Shown piece after piece: positions 25,442 to 37,400 of a DNA stretch of 64,000 nt; position 1 is the stretch's first letter, and every line of letters begins with the position of its first letter. The stretch comes from a virus: the IMG/VR virus record IMGVR_UViG_3300013744_000001, positions 12,475 to 76,474 of that record; one strand, written 5' to 3'. Made by a program: the position numbers and the translations under genes. The notes beneath the pieces were generated by a model, which saw nothing but the letters and a program-made list of their open reading frames with translations, made no database searches and was not told where the DNA came from.

Positions 25442-28400
25442 CTATTCGACGCTGATTCGCAACGACTGTCGCATAAGTTTGATTGCCCGATCCGTGTTGG
25501 CAATGGCGATGTCAATGGAATCCTTGTCCATGCGACTGGTGGGTACAGATTTGAGCAGATTGCGTTTCTTCTCCTCTAAAGAATTCAGCAACATAATGTC
25601 GAAGATGTTCTGCCCCTTGAGGAAAGCCATGGCGTTATCTTTGCTCACAAGCGTTGCCGCGTTCTTGCGACTGGTGGTCAGGTACTTATGAATCTCCTTC
25701 TCACTCAGACCGAAATCACGAATACCTTTGAGGAGGTAAACAGCCTTGTTCAGATCTTCGCGATTCTTCTCCCGAAGTTTTGCAATCCGCTCTGCAATAT
25801 CCCGTGCCGGCAAAGGTTGACCCTTGGACAGATCATCGACAAAAGCCCGCTTCTTGACGTTTTTGCTCAAGCTCCCCTGCTCTCTGATAAAGTAACCCAG
25901 ATGATTGGTCACATCTCTGACGTCATACTTGTTGACTGTAATGCCAGCGAGCTGGGGAACCTTTATCGCCCGACCCTTGCGAAAGTCAGTGTCTGTAGAC
26001 GGAAGCCCCACAGTCGCCTGAAGTATCTGGGTCATTACACCAGGCACCATCATACGTTTGCCAATAGCCGTGGCAGCCTCAGCAGGAGAAATCTCCCTGC
26101 CGAACTTGTCCTTGCCCATCAGATTATTGACCAACTCCTGTGTCATTGTACCCTGAGACAGATCCATGAAGTTCTTCATGGCCTCGATGATGCGCTGCTC
26201 AAATGTCGGATCCTCGGTCGCAGCCATAATGGGCGCATGGGTCAGCATGACGTTGTTACGGGCATAGTTGTAACCAAAGAACGAATACGGATCGTCGTGG
26301 TCACGCATGACAGGAAGGAACAGATTATTTCCTCCGTTCAACCAGTTCGTTATCCTCGTCGCACCGTGATACTCCGACGGATAGAAGAAGGAACGAGCAC
26401 GTCGTTTTTTCCGTTCATCATCGTCGTCATCCAGCTTAATAGCACCGAGCATGGTACCTAGTGCATAGGGCAGATAGGCGATGACACCCTTGGCTGCACC
26501 GAAGAGACCGTAGTACGTAGCCGTTGTCAAACCAACACCGATGCCTCTCTGTACAGCCTCCTTCGTCAAAGCGTCTTTGTACTCCTTCATTGCAGGTTCG
26601 TTTACATCGTCTCTGGCAGAGACCTTGCCCAGCTCCTCCATGACGTCGAAGAAGCGGGTATAGATCGCAGCGGTGATTCTGGCCATCTGGAAGTTATGCA
26701 TCAGGAAGTCCGGCGTAATCATGCGGATGGAATTCATCGACATGTGCCTGATGAGCTTGGGCGTATATTCCCATGACGTCGTTTCCTGTAGCGTCATCTC
26801 CGCAGCATCCTTGCCCGCCAGTCGTTCGTACTGCTCTTCTCTCAAACCAGGCGTGAGTGCCTTATGCTTGGCTAGCATGTTGTTGTAGTTGTTCATGAAG
26901 ACCCAAGGCTTCAGCCACTCGTCACCGAATGCGTAGAACTGACGCATCTTGTCCAGAGCATTCTTGACGATGTTCTCCAAACCATTCTGACTCATGTTGG
27001 AAACGACATTCAGGTCACGCAAGTAGGAAAAAATTGCGTGTATCGCCTTCTCGTGCCAGCCCTTGTTCCTGATCTGCATCATAGTGTCGGATGTCGTAGC
27101 GCCCCAGATATGGTACTTGTACATCATTTGCAGGAACTTGTTCTCAGCTTCGCTCAGGTTTTTGCTGTTTAGAAGCATTTTGTCTGCAAACTGTTTCCAC
27201 GATACATGACCGGCTTTCTTCATCATGCCGATGCGGAAGAGATGGCCTGACGACATGAGAATACCCAGACTGCCGATGTGGTTGCTGACTGCCAGGCGCA
27301 GACTGTAAATGGTACTGTTGGCCTTCATCGAGTCGATGGCACCGGACCAGGCAGCTTCGCGCACATTCCTGTTGACTTCGTACTCGTTGTCAAGCGCGTG
27401 CTGGAAAATGGGATCGACGGCCACATACTTCAAAATGGAACCGTCTTCGGCCCACGAAAGGCTGTCGCTGTAACTGCGGTCATGCTCGATAGATTGTCGC
27501 AGTACGCCCATGCCAGTGTCCAGAATATGTTCCGCCATCTCCTGGTTGAACGTTAGCTTTTGTAAAATCTTCTCCTGCTGATCAACAGAGTAGAGCAGTG
27601 ACTCGAAGAAGTTGGTGTTGGGATCGAGGAAGGTACGATAGAAGTTATCTTCCTCAGTATCTTCGAGTGTTCTGCCCCGAACAGCGGAGATGCGGTTCAG
27701 ATGATCCTCGCCGTAACCGTTGTTATTGTTACTCCTCGACGCTTCCATGATGAGCTGTTTGATTTCGGCACGCATGTTTCGAAGCAGCATCGTACGCCAG
27801 TCACTGCCGGCACGAATTTTGACTGCATTTGAGGTGCGCAGCTCGAAGTAATGCTTCAGAGCATCCAGCCGTTCTTTGTCTTTCAGCACCGTCCTTGCGT
27901 CCCTGGTACTGCTGAGGAACTGCTTGTAGGTAATCAGACCCGCCTGTTCCTGCTGTGTCGCCGCTTCGATGATACGTTCCGCATCTCTGGCCCGCTCGTT
28001 CACTGTCATCTCGCCAGCACCGGTGTCCGTCTCCAGATAGGAGAGCAAACGCTGCAAATCACGTACACCTGTCTCACCGTTGAAAACATTGTACATGCGA
28101 TGATCCCAGTCGGCGTGGAACCGGGACTCGAATTGCGCCATGCTCTTACGCATCCTGCCAATTGTTCGCTCATCGATCTTGGCAATGCGCATGCGCTTCT
28201 CCAGCTCCAGAGCCTGACCACGAATCGCACGCCTGATGTCCAGTGCATTGCGATACTTCATGGACGAAAGCTCAAGTGCTGTCGCATCGGCGAGTCTGGC
28301 CTTCTGCATCATAGCAGAATCGGGAGCAAAGCCTAGCCGGGTAAAAACCTGAGCAAAGGTCTCATTACCTCTGCCGCCAATGAGATTGGGATCGAAGTGT

Positions 28401-31400
28401 GCATCAAGCAGAGCAGACTTCAGATCCAGAAGATCGAGGAAACGTTTCCTCTGCTTGCTGGCCACAGTCTCCGAAACTTTGTTCCAGAAATTGCCGATCA
28501 GTCTGGAAGCATAGGCTGTGCCTACCGACTCGCCAAGCACCGCATGCTCAACGTTCAGGCTGGGGAAGAAACCCCAACCTTTCAGTCGATTGTGCATGGG
28601 GAAGTTGTTGAGAATGAATTCAGCTATAACATCGCCCTTCGAAAAAAACCTCCCCCACTTGCGAATAACCTCTCTGGTCTCGGCAACCTGCAAGGCTTCT
28701 CTAGTCTGCGGCACAGTCCTTCTGGTCTGACCGTAGTCGTTGGTTATGATCTGAATCTTCGAAAGCGGTGCTCTGGCACCCGTGGGTGACTGAAGTGTAT
28801 TCTGAATCAGCCTTGCGCCTCGGCCAACGACCGTACCCATTGTCAGAGCAATCAGATCTTTGGCAAACTTGTCTATCGCAGTGCGATCACCTATATTGAC
28901 AAGCAGGCTGTTACCGATCTTTCGCTCGATCTCTGCCATTACGCCCCAGAGTCTCTCGCGCATCGCTCTATACTCTTCGTCGCTGATGTGAAAAGCATTG
29001 GCGATCTGCGGACTGTCGTCCATAAGCGACGCATTGACATGAGCGAAGAATTCGTTGACCAGATACACCTTCCACTTGTCCGGTACAAGGTATGGGTCAG
29101 ATATACCCAGCATCTCAAAGTATTGCGGCAACTCGGCATAGATGGTTTCCGTATAGGCGTTGTAAATCCGCACAATTTCTGCATCCAGCGCCTTGCTGCC
29201 CCACATGGTCCAGCCGTAGTGAGAGCACTCGTGCATGACAGTTGCCAGCACCTGCGGAATGCTTCTGTCCCAGGCTCTGATGTGGATGGATTTGTCAGTT
29301 GCTCTGTAGGGGAAGAACAGACCGAAAGCGTTTCGCAGTATGGCTTTAGCCGTCCGGGTCTCTTCCCAATGAATCTCGATCTGCTCATACAGTTCGGGTG
29401 GGAGAATCCTTTGAAGGAATGCCTCCAGTTCCTCGGGCGTTGTAAGTCCCGGAATCTTTCGCACAGTACCGTCTTCATTTGTGCTGAAGAGCGTACCATC
29501 GTCGTAGTTCGTCGTCAGCTCGCTCAGACTGTCCAGAGCAGCTCTGAAATTCTCGTCCTTGCCATTGACATCTTCGAACACATACTCAGTATTGCCGCTT
29601 TCGGTACGCACAGATGCTGTACCATCTGCATTGTACTCAGGAACAACACTGTCATTCTCCTCGATGCCGGCCTGAATCGCTTCGTCCAAAATTTCATTCC
29701 GGGTAAGCTCGGATGCCGGAGGAGGAACAGGATGAGCAACATCGATCTCGCTGACATTGTTCTCCAGAGCACCGATGGCATTGGCAGCGCTCAACAGCTC
29801 AGCATCGGTGAGGGAGAGTGACGAAGGAGCTACGTGCAGAGCAAGCCCTGCGGCATCGTAAAGAGCATCGCGCACTTCGTTGAAGTGCGGATTCTCTTCA
29901 CCTTCGAAAATAACTTCCCGCATCATGGAGGCGAAGATACCTTTGCGATCAAAGGACTCTCCGTTCTGAGATTCTCTGACCAACATGCCGACAGTCGAGT
30001 CCAGAAGATCCTTGTCCGCTTCCAGGCTGGTCTGAAGTGCCCGCAGCAGATCGGTATCTCTGGCGTTGTCCGTCATCAGCACAGCACCATAGACCAGACT
30101 CTCCCGCTCATGGCCGGGCACAGTTTCGTCATACCGCATCGCAAAGCCACCGCCCTTGCGATTGTAGACACCAGGTGCACCCTGTATCTGCTGCCCTTCG
30201 ACAGTCTCGTCAGACGAACGTCCGGTATCCTGAATAGAAAAGAGTGGGAAGCCTTTGCTCTGAATACTGTTCCTTATCTCGTCGGTCAGCATCAGAGCCT
30301 GTCTAACGCCGATGTCCTGAATATCGACGTTCTCCAATTTCGCGTCAGGCGAATGATCGGAAAGAATATTCTGCATGGCTTTGGGTAGAGTCTTCTGATA
30401 CACCTCCAGTCTGCGCTTGCCCATGGTGTGCCAACGGTTGCTCTGATCTTCGGCACTGGTCCACGAAATACCGTCGATGTCACCCTGCTCCACAGCATGT
30501 GCGATAACCTGCTTTGCAACCATGGTAACCCATGCCTTCTGATATTTGACATAAGGCGCTTCGGGTCGCAGCTTACCAAAGAGCAAGTCGTTAGCCCAGT
30601 CACTCTGCACCTCTTCGACAAAGAGAATGCGTTTGCCGTCGGTCGTCTCTCTAGTATCGAATCGGGTATGTGCAACGAGATCTTTGCCCTCTCTGGGAAA
30701 ATGTCCCTGGTTAAACTCATCAGCTACGAGCTGCTCGTTCATGTCTTGCTCGACGACAAAATCAGAAGCACGTTTTAACGCCTCTTCGAGTGTGTCAGTA
30801 GTATATGTAACAGTTGTACCATCGGAAACGTTGGATATGTCATAAAAATCATCGTCACTAAAAACTTCTATGGTAAGCGCATACTTGTTGTCCTTCTCCA
30901 CATAATCTATATGCATATCTCGTCCCAGCATAGCATCTTCGGACAAAGTATAACGCAGCCCCCCATTAACAACCTCTTTGCGCCAATGACGAGGATCAAT
31001 CACAAACTCGTGCAAATACTCAAGTGTCGGCGTTTTCTTGTTCTGATAGAACAGAAGCTCCGCATAATCGGTTTTTCTTCCTTCCATTACGGAACCGGAG
31101 TAATGCGTAGGTAGATAAGAGCTCGTATCAGATGTAAGATATGCCAGTTCAGGATTGTTGTATATGTTTTGATTAAACCAATCGTTGAAATATGTTATAG
31201 CATCCTTGTAATTTTTGAACTGCTTTGCCCATTGCTTCCGAGCATTTCCGACAGCCTGCTGATTTGCCACAGGTTTGAACGTAGCATCAAGTATATTTTC
31301 GAGGCGAGTCTGCACATCATTGTTATTCAGCAACGTCGTAATATCATCGTTATTTATGGCAAGTATAACACGTCTGATCCCAGTGCCTGCAGAATGAACA

Positions 31401-34400
31401 CTCAATCTGCTCAACAAAGCATATGCAATCGGCTGATCAGCGAACAAATCACTGCTGACAGCAGCAAAAACATAATCTGACGACTCATGTTTTCTGATCC
31501 GAAGATCCCAGTCAGTGTTGTCAAGCGGCACACTTTGTCTGGCGTATCTGCCAAGCTTGCTGCGCGGACCGCCAAGCATTACATTTTTGAATTCAACATT
31601 GTTGCCGACCAGAAAATCATAGAGCTCTGCTGGCTCCACTATGTCGTTCGGGTCTTTGATTTCCAGCCACTCACGAACACCTGTCCAATACACCTCCTGA
31701 TTGAACGGTGAACTCTCGCCTCTGTTCTTGCTTTCATTGCCCCACTGTACCAGTCTGGACAACCATTTGGCAGCAGGAAGATTGCGAGATTGTTCTCCTA
31801 CCAACTCGGCCAGAGACGAATACCAAGGTACAGGTGATACCTGTTCACCGATATCATCTTCCGTAATTTCGCGTTCAACAAAATCTGCACGTGCCTTCAA
31901 CTGCTGAATGTACAAATCAATATCAGCCTGAGGCGTGTTGTTCTCGGCCAAAATATAAACGTGCTTGTGTTGTCTGGAAAGACCGGAACTGTACTGCTGC
32001 CCGATGTACGATACGTTGAAACCAAACAAACCTGGGTTGTTCATTTCGTTCAGATCAATCTCTTCGTCATATGCAAGCGCAGTTACAAACGGTACTCCGT
32101 TTTCCGTCATCTCGTGCATAAACACATACTCTGACATGTGTTCTCTGTCGACAGAGAGATAGTCGATAACAAACGTATCGTTGATAAATCGACCAAGCGC
32201 AAAATCAGCAGAAGTGGTGCCCGGCAACATCGCCTGTTGTCTGCGCATGATTATGTTCTGCAGCGCATCTATGCTTGACACTCTGTCGTTGAGCGAAGCA
32301 TATATAAACCCGTAGCGCCTAAGTCTGTCAAACCGAGTATTGAAGTTCGATATAGTTTCAGGGCTATAAAACACTACACCCTTGTCTCGCAGCTTCTTCG
32401 GTATTGCACTTTCCTTGGGTACAATGTGCTTAGCATTCGGTCCAAGATGAACAATACCGCTGTCCATCTCCTCGTACTGAACAGGCTTGTTCGATATGGC
32501 CATCGAGAACTTCGGCGTCGCCTCGTCAAAAACCTTGAACTCTCCCTTGCTGTTCTTCACCACAAGATTACCGTCCTCGGCCTGCTGTACCGCAGGAGGA
32601 GAAAGAGACGAATCCGTCTGCCAATCTCCATACCACGCCTTGAAGGAAGGTGTTTGAACGAAGTCCACCATGAGATCGCTTCGAGAACGAAGTTCCTGAT
32701 GAGCACTGAACAACTGAACAAAGCCCCGAAGCTCTTTTTCGAGGATGTGCTGGTCCTCCCGTGCAATATCTTCGGTCTGATACGCGGCAGATTCTCTACG
32801 CTCAGTTGCAGTCATATCGAGGCGGGTCTCTACATTGCGAGCCTCCGTCTCTCCGGCAATGGACTTGTACCATTTGATCGCAGCCAATTCCTGTTCATAC
32901 TCTTCCTTCCACGAACGAACGACACCCCATTGAGCGTCGAACTTCGTCTTGTCCATGCCTCTGAACGCGGGTACATTCCGCCTGACATAGTCGTAGAAAT
33001 GATCCCAGCCTACATTGTACAACTTTCTATAAATATCTCGCTCATATCGCTTTTCATTATAGTACGGAGTTTTTACAGCGAAGAGACGATTGATCAGTTT
33101 AACAAGTCGATTGATACTTGAGGCTTTGTACTTGTCAATCCGTACCTTTCGGGACAAATCTCCATTGGCTTTGACAGAAATCCCATGTGTTTTGAGATAG
33201 CCTGTCAGAAGAGATTTGTCCGTCATCAGTTTCAACCATGGGCCAGGAGCATTCTCTCTGGCTTTCTCCCTGTTTACATTTACAGGTGCTTCCTCAACAC
33301 TGCCCCCATTTGCAAAGCCTTCAATGTCCTGCACAGCATGCTGAATCTCATGCATCAATACCTGCTTTGCTTTCTCGGGCTTCTTCAGTAAATCATCGCG
33401 CAAATGAATACCGCGTTTTGGGCCAAAATATGTGCCTGCAACTCTGCTGTCGTCGTCAGCGCGATATGCAAAACGCATCTGCTGAAGCTCTGGGTACGCT
33501 GCGAACAATTCAGGTGCGTCGATTATTTTGCGCAAAGCCACAGGTACAACTTGCGCAAGTGCATGTATTGCTTCGTTTGTACGAACTGTAATACCAGAGT
33601 CGTCAAGCTCATAGCGCCACTTCCCGTCTTTGCCTCGCTCCCAACCTGTCGCCAGCTTGATGAGACTCACGCTCTTGTTGGCAGCTTCCATCTCTCTTGC
33701 TACAACCAGATTGTCAAGCCGCGTCGTTGCCGCTTCAGCGTTGTCCAAAGCAGCAGCACCACGTTCTCCGGCAAAGGAGAACTGTACATCTGATTCTTCA
33801 GAGGCTGTACGCTCATGAATTTTGTCCAACTCTTTACGCAACTCATCGATTGGCACACCCAGATTACGAGCCAAACCGTAAATCTGAGCATTCCTCGATA
33901 TTGTCTGACTGACATTGCGATCAAAGTCGCCGCGCCTGGCTGTACGCACAGCACCTCTGGCGAAGTTGACAATGTCCTGGTTAGTCAAACTGTCCGTATC
34001 GATGACACTCAGCTTGTACAAGTACGTCTTTATCCAGCTTACAATGCGACTAACGATACTCGTCGGGTTGCCGGCATTGGCCTCGACCAAATACGCTCCA
34101 ACCTCTTCCCAGAAATGACGATCGTTCGAATTAAGTCTGTTGCCTTCCTGCACCCGCCTGATGGCTTCCCGAATCTGACGACCTTCTTCACTGTCATCAT
34201 TCTGCCTATTCTTCAACTCATCCAGAATGCCTGTGAACTCCTCATCGCTGAAGCCAAAACGTCTGACATGCGCGCCAAGCTCGTGCATAAGCACAGCACC
34301 GGCGTCGCCTACCCTGATACCGTCACCCACAAGAACAACCTGCCCAGTTTCCGGAATAACAAAGCCCTGAATCAAACCTTCTCTGGAGTAGAACGGAGCT

Positions 34401-37400
34401 GTACCGTAGGCGGCAGCAATCAGTTCCTCGGCCTCTTCCTGTGTATCCACAAGTATCAGCGTCTCCGAACCCAGAAGATTGGCCAGACGACTGTCGCTCA
34501 TCAGCCGTGTACGTAGCAACTCTCTCAGAAGCGAGATACCTTTGGTACCTGCGCGACGAACTCTAGCAGCTCTGGTGTTTCGTGAAAACAGAGGCCCTGC
34601 CAGCACACTCACACGTGCGTTCATGGCAACAAGTGCGTCGACATCTTTTACGTCTGGAAGCGGCTTGGTCACTGGAAAACTGCGATTGAACAGATCCTCG
34701 ACCTTGCGCACCAGGTTCTGCATATCTTCCAGTGTCGAATTTCTGTCGTTCATGACCTCAGCAACTTCCTGACCCAGCTCACTGTTACTATCGAGGCGAG
34801 AACCAAGGACACCAGCGTAGATGCGCACGGCGTTGCGATAGAAATTGCGCTCCATCCTGTCGGCGATCTCTTCCAGCGCAGCAGCTTTCTCCTCGGGCGT
34901 TGACAGTTGATTCGCTGCTTCGACCTTTTTAGCCACACCAGAGAGTGCACTCATAGCACCCTTGCTGAGCCTCATCTGCTCCCGAATGGCTGCTTCCAAA
35001 TTTTGAATACGCTCGGTCTGCGTTTTTACAGCAAGTTCCGGTTGACCGGAAGTCACAGCATCTTCTGTACTGACAGACGTTGTCGCCTGGTCGTTGCTAT
35101 GACCCATCGGATGCAGAAGCGACTCATTAACAGAAGAGAAGAAGCCTTTTTTCGACGGCGTCCATGTCCAGCCCTGCGGCTCACCGAGCGGACTGAGGAG
35201 ATGAACATACTCTTTGACCTTGGCCAGAATATCGGCAAAGGGCGTATCCTCGCCGAACATCACAAGACTGTTGTCATTGTTGAACTGACTGAGAATGGCG
35301 TGAACGCTGACCAACTCGCCTGTCGCAGCTTCGGAGTTACGGCCTATATCCTCAAGCTTTGTATCATTGCTGAAAAGCTTTGCCTTGCTGATATCCTTTG
35401 TCCAGTAAATACCCGTATTACCAGACTTGGCAGAAACATACTCCGTTTCCCCGTCAGTGTTTACACGAGCAACAACGCGAGCGTCGATCCAGTTGGTACC
35501 AAAGACACTGCGCAAATCATCGAGACTGGTTGCGTTGAACAAACGTTCGAGTCTTGCAGGGAACGAATCTTCTTCCGCAGACCATTCAATGACGCGGTGC
35601 AGAGGTCGCTTGTCGCCGGTTGTCTTGCCACTCGTACGCCAGACAGCGTAAATCTTTCGTTTCGCACTATCCTTCTGATTGCGAGGATAGACGAAAATGA
35701 TTTCATCAGATACACCGGATTCAACAGGGAGAGAAATAGTCTCATATCCCTGGCGGCTCTTGCCCTGTAAAACACCGACGACATACTCGATACCTTGTCT
35801 GGCGTCGATCTCGTCGGTCATCTCATCCATGAATCTGGTGAGATTACCCTTGGTCAGAAGACGACCACGCTGGTTGCGAAGAATCACCTTGCCGCTATCG
35901 GTGACATAGAGACTTAGTAATGCGCCATTGTCTGTCACAAGAGAACGATAGTTGACATCGTTTCGACCCTCGTCATCAATGATTCTACTGAGACGAAGTC
36001 TGCGAATATCGTCATCGTTAAACTGCCACCAGGCTTTAGAGCCCTTCATCTGTCGCTGTACACGAATGCCTTCGGCAGGTGGACCAATGTAGATGCTCTT
36101 CGCAACCACCGTGCCCTGTCCTTCCTGATTGTTGGCATCGGGCTTGGCGTAAGCTGTGCGGATTTCCTGTCTCGCAACACGGTCATCCAGCTTTATCTGT
36201 GCACCTGTCTCCACATCATAGCCGTCAACCGTGGCATAGAGAGCACTGCTGTTGTTACTCTCGTGAAGCCTTGCATGATAAAGAATACCGTCTTTATAGG
36301 CATAGATGTCCCGACTTCCGATACCTCTGGACTTTCTTGTTTTGGCAGAAACCTGCTCAGGCGAGATGACAAAGTAACCCTGTTCTCTGAGCGTCTGCTC
36401 GATGTTTCTGGTGTCCTGAAGTTCTTCTCGCTTTGTGACGTTGCCGTCGTCATCCGTCTCTTCGACCTCCACCAACTCAAGGAAAGAAGCTCTGGTGCCT
36501 GATGCTCCCTGTCTGGGCACATCGGTCACGACGGGAATGGATACTGCCCCCGCAGGCGCAGTGTCTGTTACAAGCTCGGGAGGCGCAGTACCCTTGTATG
36601 TGTACAGCTCACGTTCCAGATAAGACAGCAGACCCTCATCACTCTGATCCTCGATCTTGCTGGCATCGATGGTCGTGCTCTTGTGAAACACAACCGCATT
36701 GTCGTTTGCATTATGCAGAGCAACGATTCTCTCGATCAGTCTGCCCGAACGATCACCGCGCACCGTAAGCGTCTGACCGGACGAGAATTTGACAGAAGCT
36801 TCGTCATTCTCGTTACGATGCTCTATCTGCTTTGCGTCGATTGTCTTCTTGGTTTGAGGATCGTTGATTGTAGCCAGAAGGCGTAAATATGCCTCGCGAT
36901 CCGAAGAACCTTCGGCAATGTACTTGCCGATAGACACAACACTGTCCTCCTGACCGGTAGCAGCATTTGTCAAACTGTCCCACTCGTACATGCCGTCCTT
37001 GCGTTTGGCATGAGGAAGTGTTGTCACCTCTTTGTCAGACACACCTGCGATAACATCCGTACCATCATCAGTGGGACTGAGATCGTCCCGATTGACACCT
37101 TTGATGTCTGTACGCTTGGGAAAACCGGCAGCAGGTCCAACGTCCAGCGGTCCTTCGTCGTCTCCTCTGATGATGCGATCGTTGAACTCTTTTTCTTCAG
37201 CACGCGATGTCAGTTTGTCCCCTGCCTCGGAAACTGTATGAATGCCTGCACCGGACGCTGCACCGACGAGGAAGGTATCGATACTCCTGTCAACAACGTC
37301 CATCGCACCATAGGTCGCACCCTTCAGGGCAGCAGAACCCATGGCAACATGTTCCTGCGCCGTTTCGGTTACACCTTCAAAGAGAGCGGCTCTGCCGGTG